NCBI GenBank assembly: GCA_973895155.1
Contig: OZ316897.1
Coordinates: 8,641,832-8,705,831, forward strand
Reading direction: 5' to 3'
Source of the DNA: Marsupella aquatica
Lineage: Eukaryota; Plantae; Marchantiophyta
DNA length: 64,000 nucleotides
The translations under genes and the position numbers were made by a program. This document shows, in pieces, positions 50,801 to 63,049 of the stretch. A model generated the notes under the pieces. The model was not told where the DNA came from. It saw only the letters and a program-made list of their open reading frames with translations, and did no database searches. Position 1 is the first letter of the stretch. Each line of letters begins with the position of its first letter.

Positions 50801-51047
50801 AGCATTATTGTCACGAAAACCACAGCAAAGCTTCTCTTGAATGACCAATTCTACAAACAGCAGATACGAACACCGGAAACCCACCTGAATTGGAAAAAAT
50901 GGGGGAACGGCACCGGACAGTCCTCGAATCTCTCAACGCGCATTGGCTATGGCCTCCGACCGAGATCCACACCTGGTTTGAGGCGGTCCACCGCGCAGCG
51001 ACGGATCCGAGAGCAGCACCGACGATCGTAGCTGAAAGCGCGACCAT
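41830..51047 (-). CDS. SS3: Soluble starch synthase III, plastid-targeted (3x CBM53 plus GT5 catalytic domain)
   Basis: 15 phase-consistent exons: 50885-51047, 47734-49038, 47339-47553, 46666-46933, 46370-46551, 45932-46039, 45472-45581, 44778-44883, 44354-44524, 44044-44172, 43597-43779, 43145-43276, 42572-42683, 42274-42397 and 41830-41965. Three starch-binding repeats (GGYNDW, GGANNW, GSFNRW) plus [49 protein letters not shown] and [15 protein letters not shown]. Confidence 0.97.
42803..42862. repeat. 17-bp tandem repeat (AAATTTCACTTGCCCTC)x3.5 in an SS3 intron
   Basis: Directly visible perfect repeats. Confidence 0.95.
49160..50215. repeat. Two related repeat blocks in SS3 intron 1 (CCTT/CCGT/CTGT microsatellites plus CCACAGGGACAAATGC)
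   Basis: Blocks ~49160-49340 and ~50065-50215 share GGTTCCTYCCTTCC.TCCGTCTGTC...CAGGGACAAATGC.GGGT.ACCC.GGG..AACAGAG..TGCCA. Confidence 0.85.
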
Positions 51048-51649
51048 CTCAGCTGCAACGAAATAATAAAACAGAGTCGCAACCCCTGCCCTGCTCTGAT
51101 CCGCTCCGCCTTCTTAACCGAATGCAAAAACCTCGTCGCTCGACTAATTCTGCCTCCTACTGTCGACCCAACCTCATCCCCAGCGAGCACATTCCGCCGT
51201 GAGCTAAGCTCTTCTCAATCCAGAGACAGAGGCATTACTCTCCGTCGCTGCTGCTGCTGCTGCTGCTGCTGATGCTGCTGCGGCTCTGATTACTGTCTCA
51301 CGAACGAAGGGCGGACGGGGAATGGTAACCGCGGCCATCTCCACCACCAACAACAACAACGACAACAGCTCCAACGAAATGGTAACAGAATCGCAACCCC
51401 TGCCCTGCTCTGCTCTTCTTGGCCGAATGCAATAAACCTCGTCGTTCAGCCGATTCTCTCGCTCGTTTCTACTGTACTCTAAACCTCAGCCCCGCAGCAT
51501 GGAGCAGAGCACATTCCGCCTGTTTCCTCTCGTGCATCGACGATTTTTCTTCGTACAGAAAGCTGTTTTTCTCTGCTGCTGCTCTCTGTTTATTACGGTG
51601 CTGTCCCACAGAAACACGAGAGAAGAGAGAGACTGAGAGAGAGAGAGAG

Positions 51650-53135
51650 AGAGGAGGGTACTGTAGATGGCGATAGAGATCGATGGATATAAAGATGTTT
51701 AGGACGGTATTAAATGGATGGAATTGAATGGAGAGGGGTTTGGGTCCCACGTTTTCCTATTTTGTCATCATGGTGACAAAATAGAAATAAGTATGATGGG
51801 CTGATTTCACTCCCTTCCCCTCAGAGTGTGCATTTCTTTTTTTCTTTCTTTTATGGTGAAAGGTGTGTGATTGGCCACTTCACTCCTTCCATGAAATTTT
51901 TATTTCTTTTCACTGTTATGTACATTTGTTGTGTACCGGTTCTGTCACAAGGAGAAGTCTTGGGCGGACTGGTGATACAGGGTACGCTTAATTGCAGATC
52001 AAAATATGACATATAAAGTGTCCCACATCTTTCGATATCATGATAAATCTTGTTATTTTTTTTAAATCAATGAATGCACACCTTATATTATCACATTTTG
52101 ATTTGTGATTCTCGACAGGGGTGACACAAGCAGCATGTTTTGTCAATGGGTTATTTTTTATCGGATGCTGGTCCACCACAGGGATAGGTCACCAGCGGAG
52201 GGGTGGCACGATCAGCAAGAACTCAAACATGGGTCCCCGGCAAAGAATTGAACTGAGACTACTTGGGGTCCTGTGGAGCCATTTTTCCTCATGTTCTGAA
52301 AGGAGTATGACTGATGACTTCACTCCCCTCATTATAAGTTGTATTTAACATTTCAATGCAATGGTTTTGTATTGACAGCCCATCCCGCCACAGGGAGAAG
52401 TAATGGGCGGAGGAGTGACACCGGAGGTTATTGTAGATGGATGGATAGAATGATATAGGAAGACAATTGGATGGATGGAATTATTGACTGGAGAAGTCAT
52501 GGGCAATGTGATACATGTACTTGTGGATGGATGATAGAAAGACATGGGACATTAATAAATGGGTGGAATTGAATGCAGAGTGCTTTGGGTCCCACGCACC
52601 TATTTTTTTCATCATGGTCGGAAAGAGTATGATTGGCGAATTCATTCCCTTCCCTCAGAATTTGCATTATTTTTCATGTTTTTATTGGAATGATTTTTAT
52701 TTGACTGCCACTGGGAGAATGGAAGAGTTCTATTTTTGGCAATGAAATGATGTTTTATTGACTATGGGTTCAATCACAGGGAAAAGTCTTGGAAGGGTGA
52801 CATGATCTGCATCTTTTTCAATGGAATTGCCTTTTATTGACCACCCATCCCACCACAGGGAGAAGTAGAGGGGGAGGAGTGACCCAGGAGAGTACTGTAG
52901 ATGGATGGAATTTTATTGACTGCCAGCCCTGCCACAAGGAGAAGTCAGGGGCAGTGTGATACATTAGAGGGTACTAAAACTGTAGATGGATGGATAGAAA
53001 CACACGGGACATTAATAAATGGATGAAAATGAATGGAGAGTGCTATGGGTCCCACGCACCCATATTTTCATCATGGTGGGAAAGAGGATGATTGGCCACT
53101 TGAGTCCTTCCCTCAAATTTTGGATTATTTTTTAT
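51650..53135. repeat. Complex tandem repeat directly upstream of SS3
   Basis: Three copies of GATGG.....ATTAA....GG.TG.AATTGAATG.AGAG.G.T.TGGGTCCCACG...TCATCATGGT (~51660, ~52525, ~52985) interleaved with ~8 copies of TTTTATTGAC...CCACA(G/A)GGAGAAGT. Confidence 0.85.
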
Positions 53136-54404
53136 TTTTTTAATGTTGGAAAAGAGTTGGAGACTCCAACGTTCCCTAGGTTTTAATTTTTCAATGGAAT
53201 AATCTTACTTATAAACTGTAATCACAAATTAAAGTTGGGGTCTAGGTGACTAGGTTTCTAGAGTGAAATCTCTAGACAATAACTCAAATAACTACAAAGT
53301 TGACACTAACTCTTAGTAAAGACAAAACTGAAAGTTATTGTGGACGAAACAGATGTGGCAAAGATGAAAGAGTATAGAATTCTTTTTTGGGACAAAGATT
53401 GTTTTTGTTTTCATCTTGAGGGAATCAAAATTTGGGGTGTGAGTAAAACAGTGGATTGGGGTGGGTGAGTTTCTGGAAGATTTATGATGTAGCTAAACCA
53501 TGCCTCAACTATGCAGCGACAGAATTTATGATACAAGCAAAATCCTAATTTCTTTTATCACAAATTATGAAAAACAGAAAGGAACCTAACAAGAGTAGGA
53601 CAGACTGAGAGAGAAAAGGAAATAGAGGGTGTCAAGAAACTGTCAAAGTTTGGTAAATTGCAGTGCAATTTGTTGCAGTTTTCAGTTGTTTCAGCTTCCT
53701 AACCCTTGCTTCCATTTTTAGCCATGGAACAATCTGGCCTTGCCTCGCTCGATCAAGTCACGTTATTTTCTTCATCTCACTATGCTCAACTGATTTGCAA
53801 CTGGTATGACCACCTTTGAAAATATGTTCTTTAGAGACTGATTCAGGGAACACTGATTAGTCAATATATATGAAAGAATACTTGGTCTGTGAACAATAAC
53901 ATGCTGTCCCAAGGGGCACTAGACAGCTCGCAACTTTAGACTCAAAGATTTCTTTTGTTCAGATTGTCCAGTGTACTTATGATGAACTGCACTATTACCA
54001 GATCTGAATGATCAGTAAAACTCCAGCCCACCTGTTCTTAGGCTTGGGGCACTCCCCTTTCAAGTGAAAATATACAGATTTCTACTAGACAGCCTGAAAT
54101 GATCACATAGCTTGAATGAAATGATCACATAGCTTGAAATCATTTCGTCTACTAATAATGCATAAAATATACAGCTATCTACTAGACAGCCTGAAATGAT
54201 CCCATAGATCCCATCACTTGAAATCATTCAGTCTACTAACAATATATAAACTGGCAACACTATTAGCCTTATATGGTATGTAGGAGCGCTCTCCTTTTGT
54301 TTTCTCTGTGAAGTGCTCTCCTATGGTATCTCTGTTTCATAAGCTGTGTATCTTTTCCCAGTTAGAAGTACACTTGAATACAAATTACAATCTCCATTTG
54401 GTTA

Positions 54405-54630
54405 TGATACAAGCAATTGTTTTCTTATAATACAAGCAATTGCTCCGGCTCGGCTGCGCTGCATTTATTTTTCAGATACTTGAGACGGATTGGCGATAAT
54501 ATCATATGAATCTAGCTATAAGGGTGATACAAGCAATCGATTGCTCCGGCTCGGCTTTGTGCATTTATTTTTTAGATACTTGAGACAGATTGGCGATAAT
54601 ATCATATGAATCTAGCTCTAAGGGTGTCAC
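54405..54630. repeat. ~120-bp tandem duplication
   Basis: TTGCTCCGGCTCGGCT...AGATACTTGAGAC.GATTGGCGATAATATCATATGAATCTAGCT.TAAGGGTG appears twice. Confidence 0.9.
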
Positions 54631-55437
54631 TTTACAATCCGTTTGTGTTTGGGTTACGTTGCTCTTCTATGATTGCAAACAAGAGGAATCTGTCTGTTGG
54701 TGCTACTTTGCCGATGCGTTGTTCTGCTGAGGTCAAGAATTTGGATGTGCACAACGCAAGTGCACTTGGGTCCCCTACAATTTGAGATTGGTTGGTGGTG
54801 GGTGAGTGGCACGTCTTCTCTCTGGCGATGCAACCACGTTTGGTTTGGATGATTATTGATGAATGGTCTGAGGACGAGAAAGAGAAGAGGTGCATCAATG
54901 AAGAGAAGGGTGCCCTCTTTACCAGCTCTCTAGCGGTTGCGACTTTTACTCTGGAGATTCATGCACCTCCATACATTGACAAGTGCATATGACTGACTCA
55001 CGGCCGGGCCGCATCTCTCCCCACTGGCTGCAGATTTGAGTTGAGAGAGAAGGATGTACTACTGTAGATGAGGGCGGAAAAGCGAAGGCGGAATGAGTAA
55101 GGCAAGAGTTGGCATGGTTTAATTTGATGTGCCGATCCGCAGTAAACTTGGTCTCACGTTCTCTGCACTCGAAAACACTGGTTGCGTTGCAGCAATCAGT
55201 TGGGGAAGAGATTGTCTCGAGCATTTTAGCTCTCATTCGTTGTGCTTGAGGATTTGATTTTGTGTTATGTTGGAGTTCCCACATAGTTGGTTGCACTCTC
55301 TTGTGTTGCTTGAGCTTGGAGCTTGTAGAGTAGTCCCGCCATGCAGCAGCACATTGATGAGCACAAATCCAGTTGAGCAAGAAATTTGGCTCATTTTTGG
55401 AAGGTGAATGCGGGATTTTCACTGCAGTTTTTGAAAG

Positions 55438-56215
55438 GTGAATGAGAGATTTTGGAAGGTGAATCCGGATAGAGATGATTTTGCAATACAATCTTCTTTG
55501 TGTCTGCCATGGATAGTTGGCCCAGAGGATATGGAAGCGATACCAAGCAATCTCCTAAAGTTGCAACCGGCTGTTGATGCTATTGAGGATGCACATTGCC
55601 TCCCGATGGAGGCAAGTTCTCCTTCTTTGTTGTCTCCATGAGCTAAGGGATGGGAGGAGATTGTGCCATAGGCTCCTAGGTTGAGGAATATAATTCCTAT
55701 GGAAGAAGTATTTAGGAGGCCGTTTTGGATCTCTACAAAGATTGGTTATTTGCATTCACTATCTGGGATCATGCTCTAGAAGCTTTACAAGAACTGAACA
55801 ATGAAGATGTGAGAGGACCTGCAAGTTCAGTACATAGAGAATCTTTTGGATTTATTCCTATCCATTCTATCTGAGAGAGTGATGAGTCAAATCCATGAGA
55901 ATATAGAAGACTTAAAAATTCAGAACTTGGGATTGAAACTCTATTGTTTAGTAAAAAAAATGACTTTTTCAACTATTCTATGCTATCTCAGATGTGGTGC
56001 ATACTTGAAGGAGGAGCTGATCAAATTCAAGGAATCCAATGGGCATGTGCAAACTGGTGGGAAATCACAAGGAATCACCAGCCCAATCAAAGAGTAGAAT
56101 TTGACAAGGTAGAGGTGATGGAAACCACAAGGAACTTACAACAAGACCAATTATTGAGTAGAATTCAAACAGGTGAAGTGAACGCCAAAATAGGACTAGT
56201 GGTGGAGGTGAGAGC
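55438..56215 (+). pseudogene. Stop-riddled single-frame ORF remnant of unknown family
   Basis: ORFs 55438-55641 and 55846-56097 are in the same frame, and the intervening sequence reads as protein apart from TGA/TAG stops. Confidence 0.35.
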
Positions 56216-59200
56216 TTGAACACGATTAGTGGTGGAGGAGGGAGTGATGAATTCAACTATACAGCTAGAGCAATGAAAGATTACTTTCAAACTGTTATGA
56301 GCATTTTGATTGAGATGTCAACTTTCACAACCCCTCCAAGGATTGATAGAAATTGAAAGATGTCAATTAAAGAACGGTCAGCATTTTTTTGCATATTCAA
56401 AGCTCTGTGATCACCATATTAGTTACAGTTTGATATCCTTTGAAGCACAACAGACAATTTCTTTTTATCATTGCACACACCATAGGTTATCAGCAGCTTC
56501 TGTCAACAAGAGATTGAACCTAGAACATATCATAAAGAATTTGTGGTGCGTCCAACATTTTATGTTACTGATGATGTGCATGCAGCTTATGAGTTTCCTC
56601 TTTTCAATCATGTGACAAGACTTGAAGAGGATCCAGTTGTGTTTTTTTCGTTTCAAATTAGATATTTAAACACTCCATGGGAAACCTTGTACTCTCTTTG
56701 GACATAGATTTAAGACATGTGTATTCCAAGATGAATACAATGATTAGAAAAGTTTTGTAAAGAAAATATGTTTGAGGAAGACCAAGATCAGTATTCTTGG
56801 GATATTATCATTGGTCCCATGTGCTTCCCTGCATTGGCAGGGCAATTATTGAAAAACAACCTGGTTTGTTGGAAATTGATTTTTGTATATAGTAACTGTA
56901 GTGGAATTTTGGGGGGTCAACTAAGTGTACGTTTTGGTACCACCTGTAATTATAGTCTAATATAAATAAACCTATTTATTAATAAAATATTTCAATAATA
57001 TTCTCTATTTTCAATATGAAAAACCTATTTTATTTTATAAAAGGTATGTATTAGAGAATATTCTATAAACATGAGTTTATAATATCTTCTTTTGCCTCTT
57101 ACGCTTTTTAAAAAATTTATCTAATTTCTATAACCAATATCTATTTTGGATCGCACGTGATTCCTAAAATTTTTCCTAAATTTTTTGATAGTCAACCCCC
57201 CAAGAGTGAAATAGGTTGACCACTTCATCCCTTGTAACAATGTTCAAAGAAGAGAGACAAGAGAGAGAAGACAGAATGAATGCTAGCATTTGAGTAGGTG
57301 TATAAAGTACTCTATATATTTATAAGTAGACAAATAATGACTTATGTAACAATGGTTACAAACATTGAAGTACATAGTACCTTGGAAACTAGAGATGTGT
57401 TGTTAAAAACCTAACTATGGATGGCCAAAAGGCACGGCTTGCATAGCTGCGCACTCTTTCTCTTGTTATTTTTTCACAAAGGCATTATTTCTTGTTTGTG
57501 CAGATCTGCAAGAACAATAGATTTTTTCTGCTCATTTCTCATGTCTCAATTATTACATCCCCAAGTTGAAAAAATTTGAATGCTAACGTAAGCTTCCTAT
57601 GTACTCTACATGAATTAGATTTTGTCAGCTGAGTTGAAGATTTGTTTTTTCATATATTAGATATCTATGTGCTCTTGGGACGTGTGAAAATATTGAAACG
57701 ATATTGGAAACATTAACTTGGCCCCTCACAAGGTTTGACACGCATGAATGGAGAAATAGTCCAAATTGACTATGGTAGACTACACAAATAGACTGAATAA
57801 TTTCTCAATTTGCTTGCATGCCCCTCATTTATGGGGAAGTTCCACCCTTGGGCCATAGTGCACCGTCCCTAACACATCTCACCTGTAGTGACCATCTCAT
57901 GTACCCCCCTTTCACTTTTTTTTCACTTTTTTGTTCTAAAGGAATATTTATAGCAACCAGGGAGCAACTACCGGCCAAAACAAAAGAAAAACAAAATAGA
58001 AGAGACACAAAACAGAGGAGACACACACAAAGGGAAAGCAACCCCAAAGAAGGGAACCTCACCCACCAAATAGCCCAATGAATTAGTCCAGTGATTTTTA
58101 TGGAGCCACAAGTCTAATTCATCAGAAAAAATCACCTCTAATAGGCAAAGTTAGCATGAAATAGTTTACTTTCATAGATTGTCCACAAAAAAGAATGAGT
58201 ACTATGAGTTACTTTAATCCTACATCTTGGGGTCTCATGAACATTGGTGACACTTATTATCGTCATTTTGGGTGTCACAGTGGTTAGTCTTGCAACTGCT
58301 ATTTCCAGACAGTGTAAACACTGTCTAAAGTATCAAGCTCCTTAAGCCTAGGGTTGCTTTTACGGTAGTCATGATGAACTCTACAAGTCAAAACACTGGT
58401 GACACTAGCTTATTACCGTCATTCTAAGTGTCACGGTGGTTAGTCTTGCATTCAATTGCTAGTGTAACCACTGCCAAAAGTATCAAGCTCCTCAGGCCTT
58501 GGGCTGTTAGCCTGCTTTAGCTCCCCCAAGAATTGGCGGCCGTCACGTGCAACTGATCCTCCTTGCAACACTCCATGTTTGTGACTTTTGTGGTTGCCCA
58601 ACATAGCTTGTTGATGAATCCCATCACAATGTATATCCTTCTATCGATCGGTTTCTATTGATAAAACAACAATCCTTGAGCGAGTCCTTGAGCTCTTCTC
58701 CCGGCTCTTCTTGGATGACAGACACACACAACGCCAACAAGATATAGCGGAGGCAAAAACAACATAGTTTGATTGGAGAAAATGAGGTTGGTGCTTGACA
58801 AATCTGGCCTCTTATGGGCACTTAAGGAGGCATCAACTGTGGCTCTATTTGTACCTCCGGCCGCCATCTTCTGGTCGGCATTGATGCTCTGAGTCCAAGC
58901 ATGATGTGCTATAACCAAATTTCACTCCAACACCACCAAGGTACATCCAGGTTGACATACAAGCGCGAATCCTTAATCATTGCTCATTATGATCACTATC
59001 ATATTCCTAATCTAATCATGACTGCTAATTGCTATGTATTCCTCCATATACAGTACATCTATGGTCCTATCAACCATATACAATCTAATCTACTAGAAGA
59101 TCCAGTGTACCTGACACATTGCCTATGTCCCAACATCCTCATCTCTATTCATGTTCAAAGTGACACATTGCCTATGTCACAACATCCTCATCTCTATTCA

Positions 59201-59339
59201 TGTTCAAAGAACGGGTAGTCAGGCTAGTGGTTCATTATTGACAGCCGGTCCTTTGAGGAAAAAACTAATCATAAATAAAAAGATTTTGTAGTGATCTCCA
59301 GTCCAGTCACAGGGAGAAGTTACTAGCAATGCAAGCAAC

Positions 59340-59640
59340 ATGTTTTTCAATGGAATGGTTTTTTATTGACTGCTGGTCTTGCCACAGGGAGAAGTCATGT
59401 GCGTAGGGGTGATTTGACCAGAGAGAACCTGAGCACCGTTCCTCGAAAAGAATTGAATCAAGACTACTTTGGGTCATACAAAGTTGTTTTCCCCTCATTC
59501 TGGAAAGGAATGCAAGTGGTGATCTACTTCACTCCTTCCCTGATAAATAAATTTCTTTTTGCAATGGAATGAGTTTTTATTGACCGCCGGTTGTGCCACA
59601 GGGAGAAGTCATGGGCGGAGGGGTGACGTGACCAAGACGC
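59340..59640. repeat. Dispersed copy of the repeat family at 51.65-53.1 kb
   Basis: Two copies of CAATGGAATG..TTTTTATTGAC.GC.GGT..TGCCACAGGGAGAAGTCATG.GCG.AGGGGTGA. Confidence 0.85.
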
Positions 59641-60793
59641 AATGAATTAGAGTCACATGTGCAGAAGTGCACATAACAACCAAGGCTCAAGCCAGGGACT
59701 GGGTTGACGCAAGTTGCTGTACTATACCACTAAGTCAACCAATGACTCCTCGCACAAGGTGGAGCACCTATACAATGTACTCAAGAAACAACAAAAGCCA
59801 ATCAGCCCGGCAACAAGGCTTGGCTTTTGGACAAGAAAATTAGACAGAGGTTGTGACTCTATTATCATTTTTGTTGCAGCTTAGTTGTTGTCGGAGATGG
59901 CCACAGTGATTTGAAGCAGAAACTGAGGGATGGAGTAAGGTGATAGGTGCAAGATAAATAGACTGAAGGAAGGAATTGCCCTGACTAGCTCTAGGAAACC
60001 TAGCACGGGATTTCCTACATCTAAGGAGAATGGTTAGATGTGGTGACAACAATAGACCTTGGCCCAGCAAGCTCATTCCCCTGTTATCCTCTTGTGCAGC
60101 TAAGGTCTTCCTTGTTTACCTATGTAGGTGGTTAAGATTTGTGTACCATAACCTGATGCAGGGCAGATGAGCAACGGTAAGGTGATACTGTAGGCCCTTG
60201 AGTAGTAGATGGATATATGGATAGATGAACCCTGCTCCTGACACTAGAGTGTGAGTGTCAGACCCCCACTCCCAAAATTTCTCCATAGAACCCCATTGGT
60301 ATTTGGGGCATGTAGACGTAGGATGTGTAGATGATCCTATTAATGACTAGATTCATGTCACTATTGAGCGCTCCTTTTGTTGAGTCCAAAGCTAAGACTA
60401 TACTGATTTTTCCAATAGTTTCTCTTAGAGCTCCACAGTTAAAGGTGACATTCCCACTTGGGGAGGAAATATTTGTAATTTGGAAAGTATTAGAGTATTA
60501 AAAAAATAAAAATAATGCAAAGAATTTTGAGGGGCAATTATTTTATTGTAATTCCCCCCTTGCCAAGCAACATGCAACTTCCAACGTTTTGGAGACGCAT
60601 GTTTTTATCTCTTATATTTTTAATTCTCTCTAGATTTTTGGGGTTTGCATTCTGCACTTTTCTCTCGAGTTTGTGTTTGTCCTCTCTTGACTCTTTTGCT
60701 TTTTCTCCTCTGTACTTTATTTTGCCCTTTTCAGTGAATTGGTACTTTTACTGTTTGTCACATTTAACACAGGACAACATGAACCGCACATAT

Positions 60794-60926
60794 CATGTAC
60801 GTCATCACTCTAGGAGAGTGACTCAAGAGCAAAGCATATCATGTTTGTCCATGTGGACCCATGTACGTCATCACTCTAGGAGAGTGACTCAAGAGCAAAG
60901 CATATAATGTTTGTCCATGTGGACCA
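60794..60926. repeat. Near-perfect ~66-bp tandem duplication
   Basis: CATGTACGTCATCACTCTAGGAGAGTGACTCAAGAGCAAAGCATAT.ATGTTTGTCCATGTGGACC appears twice. Confidence 0.95.
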
Positions 60927-62487
60927 CTTTTGCTTTTACTCTGTTGTACTCTGTTTGGCCTTTTTAGTAAATTGGTCGTTTTGTCCAGTATAAATGACCA
61001 TCATATAAAATACAAGTAGTTTGTTTATCTAATGGACGAAGCATCTACCATGTCAACATTTTGGCAAGGGCTCAAATCCTTGGGGCACAAAGGACGAATG
61101 TAAGTGGACTTGTCCCCCACCACCAAATCAACCAACTACCGGTAGGGCACACAGATTTGGTTCCAAAGAATAATTCTTTTCTGTAAACAGAACTTTACTT
61201 TATACTTAATGCCCTTGTAAGTTTCTCGTTTGACATTTTTTTGGGTGCTTTTTGGAAATGGACAGTCAAGATTTGGATCTGCACATTAAGAAAACTTTTA
61301 CTGATCATAGTCCTGTTACCAGAGCATAATGCGCTAAATGGCCCACAATGCTCTGTAAACAGGATGTTGGTATATCAGTAAAAAAATTCATGAGTTTTGG
61401 CTTTGTAGTCCCAAGAGTACACAACTATTACCAGGTTTAGGGCTGGGGCCTCTCAGGCTTTTGGGCTCTTGGGCTTTTGGCCCTTCGATCTTCCCTAGGT
61501 TTTATTCTTGTTTTCTCCCCTTTACTGGGTCTCCTGGTTTAGCGTGGTTTGCCTTTGTGGCACTGTTATGTGGATCACTCAAGTTTTTAACTAAGTTCTT
61601 TCGGTTAGAGGCATTGCAGGCCAGGGTTCACATGACACACATGACCAGCATTCCAGTGAAGAAGAATGCAATGGGCTTTTAAAAGGAACTTTTGTGTGTG
61701 GAAAGCTTGCATCTCTGTGGGGTCCACTAGATTACATATGATATGGTAAACCTTTCCTTTCTAGTCTATAGAAGAAGTGGGTTGCAAAATGATGCCATGT
61801 AAACTGTACCATTGGATAAACACTCAGTAATCATAGATGCCTGAAGTATGCCGTCACTTTGTGATAGTAAGTGTCCTCCTAGGTCCCATGCAAATCCTGT
61901 CTTTGGTGAAACCATACTTTGCCCAAAGTTTTGGTGAGGAGCACACTTGACCGTTTTGCCCAAAACTTGATTTTAAAAGACTAAGGCACTAAGCACTCCC
62001 CTTTTCACCAAAACTTGAGTGTTGTGTGTTGAGGGCAGGTTAGTTGAGGGTGCACCCAGGGAAACCTGCTTTGGGCCAGCATTGGGCACAGATAGTATGA
62101 CTGCTCTAAATGCTGGGTGCTGCAACAGACTCCTCATTTTACTCCAGAATAAGGCTAAGCTACCATTTTCTTGTTCTCCAGGTCTCTTCACTGCCCTTGC
62201 CGAGCCCAACACTACATTTCAAGTTGGACTCTGGGGCAACATAGATATCTTACCTGCCTTGTGTTGTCCCCCTCATTTATCACTTGGGTAGCCAGCTTGC
62301 CCCTCAACCAAGGCTACATGGCTACTGTAGATTTTCAAGGACTAAGCACTCCCCTTTTTAATCCCCCGGCCCCAACTGCCAGAGCTATCATAGAACAGAG
62401 ATTTTAGCTATTCCTAGCTAACAGAGATATAGGTTCCTAAAATATGCATTGTAAAGGTTTTTCCAGGTTTCACAAACACTACCTAGG

Positions 62488-62568
62488 GCAGGGTTGTTCC
62501 GCCACCATAGATGTCACCACAGATACCATTTCGTCACTAGGTTATCTCTCGTGACGGAACAACCCTGC
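62488..62568. mobile_element. 81-bp micro-MITE with hAT-like CAGGG termini
   Basis: Perfect 14-bp inverted repeat GCAGGGTTGTTCCG / CGGAACAACCCTGC with internal GTCAC/GTGAC motifs. No 8-bp TSD seen. Confidence 0.5.
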
Positions 62569-63049
62569 GAATCGACTCATAGGAGTAGAACATGTGTCTG
62601 AAATGGTCAAATGGGGTCCGACCAAGACTATGTGAAAAGTTTTGGCCCCACCAAGAATCGAAGATTTGCTTGGGATCTCACTAATGGAAACTTCTCAGTT
62701 TAGTCGTTGGAAAGTAATTTCAAGCATTCTACTTTTATTAAGGATTCCCTTGGCGTGATCCTAGCTTTGTGCTCTGTTGCACGTAGGTTTTTTGTTGAGT
62801 GGGTGTTAAGTGGGGAGGCAAAGGAAGGGAACCTAAGACAACCAGTCACACAATTGGTCAGAAGACTTGGGAGGGGAAACCCATTCATTTTTATTACAGC
62901 AACAAAGCCAAACCAGGGCAACAAACAGGAGAACCAGCCGATAACGCAAGAGAAAGCCCAACAGGGCGACCTAAAATCAGAATGAATCAGCCAACCAGGA
63001 ATTGCATGGTTTCAGTCTGGCTGGAATTACAGAAGTACTACTGAAAGAA

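Noticed and set aside
52020-52030. snRNA upstream sequence element (GTCCCACATCT)
   Set aside because: Imperfect match, with no properly spaced TATA box or recognisable snRNA downstream, and it lies in a repeat block.
54946-55491. 181-aa minus-strand ORF
   Set aside because: Non-ATG start, no recognisable domain, and it lies within decayed repeat-like sequence.
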